Assembly (NCBI GenBank): GCA_963824065.1
Contig: CAWGNX010000002.1
Span: 43,243 to 107,242 of the forward strand
Length of the DNA: 64,000 bases
DNA from: an uncultured Chloroflexia bacterium
Lineage (GTDB): Bacteria; Chloroflexota; Anaerolineae; Anaerolineales; DRKV01
Direction of reading: 5' to 3'
The notes beneath the pieces are model-generated. The model had not been told where the DNA came from. It made no database searches and was given only the letters and a program-made list of their open reading frames with translations. This document shows positions 28,041-37,810 of this stretch, piece after piece; positions within the stretch are counted from its first letter, which is position 1, and every line of letters begins with the position of its first letter. The translations under genes were made by a program, and so were the position numbers.

Positions 28041-29710
28041 ATGTTTCCAATCTCAAGGGCAGAACGGCACTGGGTGCTGTGGTTCGCTCTGGCTGTGATC
28101 ATCCTGACGAGCGTGCCTTACCTGGTGGCAGCAAGTTCCCAGGGGGCCGACTGGCGCTTTACCGGTTTTGTTTTTGGGGTAGAAGACGGCAACTCCTACA
28201 TCGCCAAAATGCTCAGCGGGGCGCAAGGAGCCTGGCTGCTGCACACCCCCTACACTGCTTTGCCCCAAAATGGAGTGCTGGCGTTACTGCCTTACATATT
28301 ATTGGGCAAGCTCAGTGCGCCCCCCGGGCAGCACGAACAACTGGTTGCCCTGTTCCACTTATTCCGTGCACTGGGTATCTGCCTGTACTGCCTGGCAACG
28401 TATGATTTTCTGGCCTGGTTTATCCCCGGAACCTGGCTGCGGCGAATAGGGTTGGTGCTGGCGGCGCTCGGCGGCGGGATGGGCTGGCTGGTTTTATCCC
28501 TGGGCCTGAACGAAACCCTAGTCAGGCTGATTGGCGGGACTGCGCCCGGATTGGACCAGCCCCTGGCTTTTTACTCCCCCGAGACGTTTGGTTTTTTAAT
28601 GCTGTATGGCTTACCGCACCTGGCGGTAGGTAGGGCGCTGCTGTTGTGGGGTCTGCGGGCTGTGCTGTCGGGAGCCGAATGGCTGCGCCTTCGACCTGCG
28701 CTGGGGCGGCTGCCGTTCCATGTACCCGGAGCGGGCGTACTGGCTGGGTTGTGTTTCCTGGGTTTGGGCATGATGCAGCCGCTGACTGTGGTCAGTGCGT
28801 GGGTAGTATTAGGCGCGTTCGCGGCGGCTGTACTGTTGGTCACCCGCCGCTGGGCAGCTCTGCGCAGCCCGCCTTACCTGGATCGAATCCTGTGGGCGGG
28901 GGTTATCTCAGCCCCACTGGTGATTTATAACCTGGCTGCGTTTACACTCGACCCGGTCGCCAGCCGTTGGGCAGACCAAAACCGGATCATTTCTCCCCAT
29001 CCGCTTTACTACATTTTGGCCTTCGGGCTGCTGCTACCGTTTGCTGTGCTGGGAGCCAGGCGATTGTGGCGGGCGGTGGGCGTGCCGGGCCTGCTGCCGG
29101 TTGCCTGGGTTGTGATCTTTCCCCTGCTGGCCTACCTGCCCTACAACTTGCAGCGGCGCCTGCCAGAAGGGGTCTGGACAGCCTGGCTGGTCCTGGCTCT
29201 GGCGTCTGTCGCCGGCTATGCCGGGCAGGCCAGGGTGTCGCGCCGCCGGCAAATTTTCCTGGCAGGTGCCGGAGCGGCTGCCCTTGGTTCAACATTGATC
29301 CTGCTGGTGGGCGGGTTGTTCAGCGCCTTTCAGCCGCAGATGCCCTTGTTTCGCCCGCAGGAAGAAGTGCGCGCTTTCGAGTGGCTGGCGGAAAACGCCC
29401 TCCGGGGGTCGTGGTGCTGGCGGCTTATACGACCGGCAATGCGCTGCCGGCCTGGGCTCCCGTGCGAGTAGTAATCGGGCACGGGCCAGAATCCGTAGAC
29501 CTGGCAGCCCTTGAGCCACGCGTCGCTGATTTTTTTGCTGCAATTGGCACGAATGAGGCGCGCCTGGAACTGCTGCATCAATTTGGGGTTGAATATGTGT
29601 TTTGGGGTCCCGCCGAAAAGGACCTGGGGAACTGGAACCCTTCAAGCGCCGGGTTCCTGGAGGAAGCAGCCCGGTTCGGGGATTACCTGATCTTTCGGGT
29701 TTTACCCTGA
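28041..29710 (+). pseudogene. polytopic GT-C-type (ArnT/PMT_2-like) membrane protein with one frame break
   Basis: ORF 28041-29471 (multi-TM) and the tail of ORF 28967-29710 (VVVLAAYTTGNALPAWAPVRVVIGHGPES...YVFWGPAEKDLG) join as EWLAENA|PPGVVVLAAY. The break is at the CCC/GGGGG runs at 29398-29408. Confidence 0.65.
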
Positions 29711-30324
29711 ACTGCTTTGTGCCAAAATACCTTCCAGGTGTTCTTTCACGTCCGGCCATTCTGCGGCGAGGATGCTGTAATACACCGAACTGCGCAGCGT
29801 ACCATCGGGGCGCAGCATATGCTGACGCAGGACGCCTTCGCGTACAGCCCCCAGCCGCTCGATGGCAACCTGCGAACGCACATTCAGTAAGTCGGTTTTA
29901 ACTGCACGCGCACCACCCCCAGGGTTTCAAAGGCGTGCCGCAGGAGCAGGTATTTCGCCTCGCTGTTGACCGCCGTGCGCTGGTAGGCGAGGCCGTACCA
30001 GGTCCCGCCAATTTCAAGATTTCGGTGATCCGGGCGGATATCCATGTAGCGGGTGCAGCCCGCCAGCCTGCCGCTGGGCAGGTGGACGACGACAAATGGC
30101 AGATCGGTGCCCTGTGCCTGGCGTTCCAGCAAATCCGTGACAAACGCCTGCATCTTTTCCGGTGAATTTACTTCTCCGTACAGCATGAAGCGCCAGATTG
30201 AAGGTTCCAACCCAATTTCTGCCAGAGCGGGGCTGTGTTCGAGTGCCAGGGGTTCCAGGCGCACAACGCTACCCACCAGGGTGACTGGTTCTACTCGAGG
30301 GGGGGTTATCTCAACAGGGGGCAT
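29702..30324 (-). pseudogene. GNAT N-acetyltransferase (RimJ/RimL-like) with one frame break
   Basis: MPPVEITPP...VRLEPL...NLEIGGTWYGLAYQRTAVNSEAKYLLLRHAFETLGVVRVQLK continues in another frame as TDLLNVRSQVAIERLGAVREGVLRQHMLRPDGTLRSSVYYSILAAEW. The break is at the T4 run (A4 on the coding strand) at 29896-29899. Confidence 0.75.
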
Positions 30325-30365
30325 CGTTCTATTCCGATTCAATTGCGAATATAGTTCGCAGCTTT

Positions 30366-30734
30366 TCAACCTCCAGCCGCCGCCGGGTTTGCCAGTCTGC
30401 CTCGCATGTTTTGATTGGAAAGCCAGTCCAGGCTTTCGGCCCGTTCGTTCCCAATTCGCTCCGCACTGGCGGCTGCCATTGGTAGGCAGTCTGGGCAGAT
30501 GGACCATTCACCGCTGCGGTCCACCGCCTGTAGTAAAGGAATGGCCTTCTCACGATGGCTCAGCTCTCCGCACACGTGGCAGATCATGGAGCGATCTTCC
30601 GCTGGTTCAACGCGAATTTCCAGTTGGCTGTTTTGTCCAGATATGCCGGATCTGGTCAGTATGGATTCTTGTTGACAGCCGGGCTCGGAAATTGAAAACG
30701 ATTTCTTCCCAAGATTTAAATAGGCTATATCCAT
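30366..30734 (-). CDS. hypothetical zinc-ribbon protein
   Basis: CHVCGEL...CPDC are paired CxxC motifs. The start (30734 or 30587) is uncertain. It is the last gene of a three-gene minus-strand string. Confidence 0.4.
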   Translation of the reverse strand: MDIAYLNLGKKSFSISEPGCQQESILTRSGISGQNSQLEIRVEPAEDRSMICHVCGELSHREKAIPLLQAVDRSGEWSICPDCLPMAAASAERIGNERAESLDWLSNQNMRGRLANPAAAGG

Positions 30735-30802
30735 TCTAGCCAATCGGACAAAAAATGCAATGGGTGGAGGGTCCTCAGCCATTCCCGGCCAGGGTGCACG
30801 GG

Positions 30803-31336
30803 TCAGGGAGCCGGTTCGAAGTCACCGGATTGGACAGGAATGCCCCCTGGTTGGTAAACCACAACCTGCGGTACGTAATAAAACACCTTGTGATTATCCA
30901 CTCCAAACCAGCGTTCGACCAGTTCCCGCCGCCACAGCTGGCGGGTAGTTTGCAGGGTGTCCGGGCTGAAAGGCAAGCGCGACCGGCTGCCATCCAGCTC
31001 ATAAGTAACGCAGGCCCATTCCGGGTCGATGCGGTCCAAAGGTATCGCAAAGCGGGGTTTATCATACAGAAAGGATTCCGGCAGCAGGCGGAAATCTATC
31101 GGGCTGAGAAAGATGCCTGAATTAATATAGGGTTTCTGCACAACTGGCTCGGCAATTTCCCGGTACAACCCTTCGAAAAAACCCGGCAGGGCTGCCTGGA
31201 TTTCTTGCCAGCGGGCGCTGTCTGGAAAGTCACTCAGGGGACGCAGGCCTATCTTAAGGATCGACTCAGCCTGGGCGGAATCGTTCGAAAATAGATAATG
31301 GAACAATGAGTCAGCGCTGCAGATCAGGTCATTCAT
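30803..31336 (-). CDS. hypothetical protein
   Basis: 177-aa ORF overlapping the upstream DUF867 gene by 8 nt. No family recognised. Confidence 0.6.
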   Translation of the reverse strand: MNDLICSADSLFHYLFSNDSAQAESILKIGLRPLSDFPDSARWQEIQAALPGFFEGLYREIAEPVVQKPYINSGIFLSPIDFRLLPESFLYDKPRFAIPLDRIDPEWACVTYELDGSRSRLPFSPDTLQTTRQLWRRELVERWFGVDNHKVFYYVPQVVVYQPGGIPVQSGDFEPAP

Positions 31337-31970
31337 AGGTGGTATCCTCCTGGGGCCGCGGTTGGTGGGTCAGGGTTTGCTGCAGGGTGGTTACAAACTG
31401 GAAAAAAGCGGCTGTTTTAAAGCGGCGGCCTGACTGGTCGAGACTGGCGAACAGGCGGCTGCGCAGACCTTCCGTGATTTCGAGCTGCACGCCGCGCTGC
31501 CGGCGGCCGCGGTTACACAGGTTGGCAGGGTGCGAACCGCCGCGCTGCGGGATATCAACCCGGGCCTGGAACCCGGCTGCACTGAGATTGCGAATAATGG
31601 CGGAACGCAGGTGCCTGTCAAGACCACCCGTATATACGGCAGGCTCCTGACCAGCGCAGCCGTGCACGGTGAGGACCGTTTCTGCGGATTGGATCAGCTC
31701 CAGGCAGCGTGGTTCGTCGAAGCGGGTCGAGGTGATGTGCAGGACAGCGCTGCCAGCCTGCTTGAGCCCTTCGAAGACGTATAAAGAATGTACATCCCCA
31801 GCCAGGGCAGCAGCCAGCTCTCCCGTTCCAGGCTCGATCCCACCCGCGTGCGGGGCAACTACCGCCAGAGGGGAGGACCGCCAGGTGAGGTGGACGCGGT
31901 AATCGCGGCCTTCTAACTCGTTTCTGGCCAGGTGTTGGTAGCTGGTATAAGCGTCCGGGTTCTGCACCAT
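31329..31970 (-). CDS. poly-gamma-glutamate hydrolase-like protein (DUF867/UPF0714, YjqB/PghP family)
   Basis: VVAPHAGGIEPGTGELA, LHITSTRFDEP and LTVHGC match the metal-ligand pattern I recall for the family. Confidence 0.7.
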   Translation of the reverse strand: MVQNPDAYTSYQHLARNELEGRDYRVHLTWRSSPLAVVAPHAGGIEPGTGELAAALAGDVHSLYVFEGLKQAGSAVLHITSTRFDEPRCLELIQSAETVLTVHGCAGQEPAVYTGGLDRHLRSAIIRNLSAAGFQARVDIPQRGGSHPANLCNRGRRQRGVQLEITEGLRSRLFASLDQSGRRFKTAAFFQFVTTLQQTLTHQPRPQEDTTYE

Positions 31971-32301
31971 AAAATTTTACCAAATGCGGCTATGAAAACT
32001 GCCCGCGATTGACCCGGCAGGGAAACTCCGGTTGCCGGCACCCATGGCTGAGCCACCGGACCCAGGCTTTCCACCCGCAGACGTTTGGGATTGCCAGGCC
32101 GTGCAGCGGATGAAACGAACCGGTGAGGCATTTTGTCCGTGAATTGGCGGCGGTCGTTCTACGATCGGCTGTGGCTTTTTTGTGAAAACCGGGCTGCGGA
32201 ATTAGACGGGGGTTCAAAAATCCAGTTTTTATGATATAAACAAAGTCAGCACGATTGTTCTAATTGGCAGGCGGTAAAAAGCTTTGCTGGAGCAGACCTG
32301 C

Positions 32302-32541
32302 ATGGAAACCAAACCAATTTTATTCCAGGATCGGTCGGGAGGACAGTCGGATGCCCGGCCGCAGCCCACCCTGCCGGATGGGTGGCGAAGCGAGCACGCG
32401 CCGCTGCTGGCCTTGTTTGAGCGGCTGCCGCCGGTCGACCAGCAGGAGATGCTGGCAATTGCCCACCAGAAGCTGCACTTGCGACAGCTCAGCGCGGCAG
32501 CAGCGGATGCGAGCGGAGAGGGGGCTGTCCATGACGATTGA
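32302..32541 (+). CDS. hypothetical small protein
   Basis: ATG 32302 (METKPILFQ...). The stop overlaps the next ORF by 11 nt. No family recognised. Confidence 0.4.
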   Translation: METKPILFQDRSGGQSDARPQPTLPDGWRSEHAPLLALFERLPPVDQQEMLAIAHQKLHLRQLSAAAADASGEGAVHDD

Positions 32542-32962
32542 CGAAGGGAGCGGGCACGCCCAACGGCGGGCTGCGTGGATCAAACTTCTACCTGACCTGA
32601 CGGGCGATGAGCTGCACCAGCTGCAGCAGCAAATCCTGCTCAGGTTGTGGCGTAATCGTCTCCAATTGCTCCGGCACCTGCCGGCGGCGATTAAACTCGG
32701 TCTGACCTATTCCAGCCTGGCGTTCCTGGCGATGCTGATCGTACCGCTCCCGGACGACCAACCGCTGTTTGTACCCTTGCTGATCGCGGCCACCGGAAGC
32801 GTGGCGATCACATTGGTGGCCGTATTGGATCTGGTTCTCGGGCTGGTGCTGGTGCGGGTCAGGCCACAGATGCCGGCTTTCGATGACTTCGCAACAGTCG
32901 ATCGATCTCCGAACTCACAGCAACCGTATTCCATCTCGTGTGTACAGGGAACCCAACTATGA
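32531..32962 (+). CDS. hypothetical membrane protein (2-3 TM)
   Basis: ATG 32531 (MTIDEGSGH...), with a hydrophobic C-half (LAFLAMLIVPL...LLIAATGSVAITLVAVLDLVLGLVLV). Confidence 0.5.
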   Translation: MTIDEGSGHAQRRAAWIKLLPDLTGDELHQLQQQILLRLWRNRLQLLRHLPAAIKLGLTYSSLAFLAMLIVPLPDDQPLFVPLLIAATGSVAITLVAVLDLVLGLVLVRVRPQMPAFDDFATVDRSPNSQQPYSISCVQGTQL

Positions 32963-33192
32963 AAGATCTCGATGAGCTGCGCAAATCCTTAGAACAATCC
33001 ATGAACGAGCTGACTGGCGTGCTGCCCGAAGCCCTGGATTGGCATCCAATGTTGGTTTACATGCTCGAAATCCTGGACCACCAGGCACGCCTGACGGCTC
33101 AGGAAGAGAATTTTTCCCGACTGCTCCTTCAGCTGCGCGCTGACCTTGTTGTGCGGATCGATTCAGGGAGCTGGGCACCAAAACCGGATTAA
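32959..33192 (+). CDS. hypothetical small helical protein
   Basis: The ATG overlaps the upstream stop (ATGA). The protein MKDLDELRKSLEQSMNELTG... is predicted helical. Confidence 0.45.
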   Translation: MKDLDELRKSLEQSMNELTGVLPEALDWHPMLVYMLEILDHQARLTAQEENFSRLLLQLRADLVVRIDSGSWAPKPD

Positions 33193-33211
33193 CTATTCAT
33201 TCCTGGCTGAC

Positions 33212-33261
33212 CAACCGGAGCGCCCGCCTGCTGCACTGGCTGGGAGCGCCGGTTGTTTTTT
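33212..33261 (+). terminator. putative Rho-independent terminator
   Basis: CAACCGGAGCGCCC ... GGGAGCGCCGGTTG forms an imperfect stem (2 mismatches) followed by T6, 20 nt after the stop at 33192. Confidence 0.45.
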
Positions 33262-33530
33262 ATTGCCCTGAGCTTAACCCCCCTCCCATAGTTTATTCGG
33301 CATTCGCCGGCAGTTGATGTTTTTCGGTTCTATGTTAGGATTCTTTCTCAAGGTGGAGCTTTGTTGATGGCGTGTCTGGAACTTATTTCAAAAATCCATG
33401 CTCGTACTGGGCTGGAAGCATGAGCAGATCGGAGTATTCAGTAAGGCAGAGATGCAAGCAGAACATCCTGGGAGTTTTCTTCCTTGACCGACCGTTTCTT
33501 CGTGCCTCTGTCTTATAACAAGGGACTCTC

Positions 33531-34785
33531 ATGACGGGAAAAGCTTCCAGCACGATCTACCCCCTCTCCGCCCTGAGAGCGGTCGTGCTGCATACCCAGC
33601 TCCTCACGACACCTGATGGGGCATCACCTGCCCCCACCCCCGAGACCATCGTCGACCTGGTGAAGGCGCTCGGCTATGTGCAAATCGATACGGTGCACGT
33701 GGTCAACCGCGCTCAGTACGTTACCCTGTGGGCGCGTTTCGGAGCGTATGGCATGGACGACTTCCACAAGCTGCTCTATACCCCCAATCAGCGCATACTT
33801 TATGAGGGTTGGGGGCATGCTGCCAGCATCATCCCGCTGGAAAATTATCGCTACCATAGGTGGCGGACAGATCGGAGCATCAGCTACAACCCCAGCTTTC
33901 ATGAATGGGTGAATAAAAAAAACAATCGCGAACTGGCTGAGCAGACCTTGGAGCGCATCCGCACGGATGGTGGGCTGCGCGTTGGGGATTTCGAGCACAA
34001 AGGTCCCGAAAAAGGTGTGTGGTATGACTGGAAGCCCTCCAAGATGGCGCTGGAGGCGCTGTTCGCCTGGGGCGACCTGATGGTGGCGGATCGCGTGAAC
34101 TTCCAGCGCGTATATGATATCAGGGACCGCGTGCTGCCAGAGTGGGTTGACACCACGCCTGTCGATCCCGATGAGGCGCTGCCGCTTCTGCCTGGAACAG
34201 GCAGCGAAGTCGCTTGGTGTATTCGAGCCGCGCCATCTCACCCTTTACGCTTACATGAAATCTACGCCTGCCCAATTGATGATCAAAACCCTTATCAAGG
34301 AAGGCGTGCTGGTCGGGATTCGGGGTGAGTCTATGAACGGCGTTAAAACGTGGCTGGTGCATCGCGACAACCTGCCGCTGCTGCAGCGAGCTGCCGATGG
34401 CGATCTTAAAGCGGAACGCACCACCTTTCTTGCCCCTTTCGATTCGCTTTTCTGGGCGTGGGATCGGGATCAAAAACTGTGGGGCTTCAAGCAGCTGCTG
34501 GAGTGCTACAAGCCTGCTGCAAAGCGAGTCTATGGGTACTTCTGCTTCCCGATCCTGCATAAGAATCGGCTGGTAGGGCGTTTCGATCCGAAACTGGATC
34601 GCAAATCCGGTGTGCTGAATTTGAATGCCCTCTACCTTGAGCCGGGCATCGAGCCAGAAGACGAGCTTGTCGCGGGAGTCGCCTCTGCTATGCGCAGCTT
34701 CCTAGCATGGCATGGCGCGCAGAGTCTCAACATCGTGAAGAGCGATCCATCAGCGTTTGGCGAAAAACTGCTGAGCGCCCAGTAG
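33531..34785 (+). pseudogene. AlkZ/YcaQ-like winged-helix DNA glycosylase with one frame break
   Basis: LGYVQIDTVHVVNRAQYVTLWARFGAY...ILYEGWGHAASIIPLENYRYHRWR in the N-half, and FLAPFDSLFWAWDRDQKLWGFKQLLECYKPAAKRVYGYFCFPILHKNRLVGRFDPK in the C-half, are the YcaQ-family signature. The frames join near 34176-34186. Confidence 0.8.
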
Positions 34786-34964
34786 AAGCCCTGTTCTCGT
34801 AAAGCACCTTGACTGCTCGCGATTATCCTGTGGTGGACCGACCGAATTTTGAAATGAGTTCTCTTGAGCCTACTTTTAATCGAGCAAAGCCATGTCTTTC
34901 AACCTGCTCGATATTTGGATAGATACGAATTGGATGGCTGGTCAGCCTGTGGAGGTTCTCAAGA

Positions 34965-35453
34965 ATGAAAGAAAAAGCATTTCAGGATTATTACCCGGAT
35001 GATACTGCCCATTGTTATGGCTGCGGGCGGTTAAATGAGCACGGCCTGCATCTCCAGAGCTATTGGGAAGGCGCCAGCGACGAGAGTGTATGTATTTTCA
35101 CTCCAAGCGCGTACCACACAGCCATTCCGGGTTATGTGTACGGCGGGTTGATTGCCTCGCTGATCGACTGCCATGCGACCGGCACTGCTGCGGCAGCGGC
35201 GTACCGGGCTCAAAACCGGGAGCAGGACAGCCTGCCCTCGCTGCGTTACGTCACTGCCTCCCTCCAGGTTGATTACCTGAAACCCACTCCGCTCGGGGTT
35301 CCCCTGGAAGTGCGCGGCCGGGCGGTTGAGATCGGCAGCCGCAAGGTGATCGTGGAGGCGTGGTTGGATGCGAATGGGGAAACATGCGCTCGCGGCCGGG
35401 TGGTATGCGTGCAGATGCCGGAGGGCATGCTCAATTCAGGGGGTGACCCCTAA
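34965..35453 (+). CDS. PaaI-family hotdog thioesterase with N-terminal zinc-finger-like CxxC
   Basis: CYGCGRLNEHGLHL followed by GYVYGGLIASLIDCH is a typical PaaI/4HBT arrangement. Confidence 0.8.
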   Translation: MKEKAFQDYYPDDTAHCYGCGRLNEHGLHLQSYWEGASDESVCIFTPSAYHTAIPGYVYGGLIASLIDCHATGTAAAAAYRAQNREQDSLPSLRYVTASLQVDYLKPTPLGVPLEVRGRAVEIGSRKVIVEAWLDANGETCARGRVVCVQMPEGMLNSGGDP

Positions 35454-35921
35454 AATTTCTGCCAGGCGGGACAGCACCAGACCTTCGTCGTCACTGACCA
35501 GCGTGCTCCCAATACCGAGGAAGCCGCCTTCGCGGGCAGCTTCAGCCGTTGATACAGCAATTTGGTATAACCAATCCCTGAATCCGGATGCGACCTCAGG
35601 AGTGACCCGGCTATTCACCAGATCAAGCAGCACTGTCAGGCGCTGGTAGAGGGTTTCCAGATCCTTTTCTGCCTGCATTGGCGCCCCGTCCTCTGTTGTG
35701 GAATTTTCCTGGTTCAGGATTTCAACGACCAGAGCCTGAGCGAGGGGATTACCATCCGGGTCCGCGGCGACCCGGCTGAGCTCGGTATACAGTGCTTTGC
35801 CCTCCTGCGCCAGTCCACTTATCCCGCTTAAATCTCCTGCCATGACCGCGGCTGCCGGCAGGAGCAGCGTATCGCGCAACTCTTGCCATTCCTCCGGTGT
35901 AAACAGGTCTTTAATTTCCAT
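35436..35921 (-). CDS. hypothetical protein
   Basis: I start the gene at ATG 35921 (MEIKDLFTPEEW). An acidic helical protein; no family recognised. Confidence 0.5.
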   Translation of the reverse strand: MEIKDLFTPEEWQELRDTLLLPAAAVMAGDLSGISGLAQEGKALYTELSRVAADPDGNPLAQALVVEILNQENSTTEDGAPMQAEKDLETLYQRLTVLLDLVNSRVTPEVASGFRDWLYQIAVSTAEAAREGGFLGIGSTLVSDDEGLVLSRLAEILGVTP

Positions 35922-36168
35922 AGTGGCCTCTTGCTGAAGCGAACGCTGCCTTGCGAACGATTTTAACCGCATATTTGCCAGTCCTGCCAATCAGCCTGCC
36001 AGAGCCAGCCCTTGCACATGGTTCTAGCGCTACCGCGGGCTCCCCTGCTCGGAGAGTCCCGCGGCTTGCATAGATAAACTCAGTTTATGAATAGAGTATC
36101 AACAGGTTTCAGTATTAATTTCTCATCCCAAATTCAAGCGGCGACCAGGGATCAAAACCCGGCTGACC

Positions 36169-37380
36169 TTATTCGATGTGCGGCACCCACCACAGGCCAA
36201 TGTTGTTTTTCGTACCACCGTTGGCATCGACAATCAAGAAGAGTTCAATCGTCTTGCCGCTCAAGAAAGAAAGGTCGACATTCACCGTGGTGTACTGCCC
36301 ATCGTAGACCTCGCGCCAGCTGCCCAATTCAACCATCTGCCCGCTGCCTTCGCGATACGCCAGGCGGAAAATGATGTCACAGCCCTTGGTGTTATCGCCG
36401 CACATCACACCGGCTTTGAAGCGATACCCATTCTGGATGCGGATGCCCCCAAATCGGCCCTGGATGTAACCGTTATTTTTGTTATTGGGGACGACTTGCA
36501 GAGCAGGTTCGTTTTCGAGGCGACCGGATTCGAGCACCGGGTTATCGAGGATGTTCACAGATCCATCGGCGCTGCCCGAAACGCCCGGACAGGGCAGCCG
36601 CGATTGCGAGCCGCTGCTCCATTCACCGTCACAAACACTGTAAACAAAGTCGTATGCATAATTTGAGTTGACTTCCGCCACTCTGATCTGGACCCAGAAG
36701 GGATTGTTATAGCTGCTGCCAATCCCAAACAGGTTACCTTGCGGATCGCGCAGCATCCAGTTGCCGCGGTATGTGCCAGCATGGTTGGGGGCGACCAACT
36801 CGACGCTCAGGTCGACGGACTGGCCCGGGAGAACATTGATAGCCAGCCCGAGAACATTCGGAGCACCCATTCGCTCACCGCTGACAAACGCCAGGGCGTA
36901 CTGTGATGTCCAGGTGCAGGTGCCAACGTTCCGCAAGCGCCAAACTTTTGTGAAGCGTGCGTTCGGTGGGAAGATTGTCCCGTCTGGAATGGTCACATCG
37001 CTGACAAACTGGGCTGCATTACAGGGCAGCGGGTTCAGCGTCGGCGTAAAAGTGGCTGTCGGCCGCGGTGTGTTTGTGATCGTGGGGGTCGGGCTGGGCG
37101 GTTCCGGGGTGAAGGTCAGGGTTGGTGTAGGTGTCAGGGTTGCAGTGGGAGCCGTATTGGTCAGCTCCGCTGCCACCGTTTGGGCTGCCTGAGTCATGAT
37201 GGCATTCACATCCGGAGCAGCAGCCGTCTGGGTGAGATCGGCAATGACGGTCTGGGCAGCCTGGGTGTACACCGAGGCTGCGTCCGTAGTTGGCGGAGCC
37301 TGGGTACCCAGGTTGCAGCCTGCCAACAGCAGCGCAAGCAAGATGATAAACGGCAGCAGATATTTCCGGGTGTTCCTCAT
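36169..37380 (-). CDS. lipoprotein with Pro/Thr linker and NBR1-like Ig domain
   Basis: GAGGAG precedes ATG 37380. Lipobox LLAGC. FVSDVTIPDGTIFPPNARFTKVWRLRNVGTCTW...GQSVDLSVELVAPNHAGTYRGNWMLRDPQGNLFG resembles the NBR1-like domain. Confidence 0.65.
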   Translation of the reverse strand: MRNTRKYLLPFIILLALLLAGCNLGTQAPPTTDAASVYTQAAQTVIADLTQTAAAPDVNAIMTQAAQTVAAELTNTAPTATLTPTPTLTFTPEPPSPTPTITNTPRPTATFTPTLNPLPCNAAQFVSDVTIPDGTIFPPNARFTKVWRLRNVGTCTWTSQYALAFVSGERMGAPNVLGLAINVLPGQSVDLSVELVAPNHAGTYRGNWMLRDPQGNLFGIGSSYNNPFWVQIRVAEVNSNYAYDFVYSVCDGEWSSGSQSRLPCPGVSGSADGSVNILDNPVLESGRLENEPALQVVPNNKNNGYIQGRFGGIRIQNGYRFKAGVMCGDNTKGCDIIFRLAYREGSGQMVELGSWREVYDGQYTTVNVDLSFLSGKTIELFLIVDANGGTKNNIGLWWVPHIE

Positions 37381-37810
37381 TTTGTTCTCCTCGCCGTACA
37401 GGCAGTTCGTTTGAGCGGCCTGGATTGGGCTTTTCCTCGTGTTACTGGCGAATAATCGGTGCCTACCAGGACGGTTTTTCGCCATGAATTATTCTCGCAA
37501 GGGTACGAGCAACCGTCCGGAATATTTTTTCGGGCCAATTTCGGTCCATCTATAAGATAGAACGAAACCCGACGCATGGCAAGTACCTGTGCATCCTTGT
37601 ATGGCATAGACGTGTGAGCGGATATTTTCGTTCCAATCCAATCCCAAATTACCGGTCAAATGGTACTTTTCGTCCATTTACATAAACCAGCGAGCGAAGT
37701 ATGTTAAAATCACCTGCCAAAACTAACAATTATGCAAGGTTAGCTATCGTGCAGGCAACACTGCACCCTTGATTGGTGTGTGTTTCTTAATGGAGAAATA
37801 AGGAGAATTT

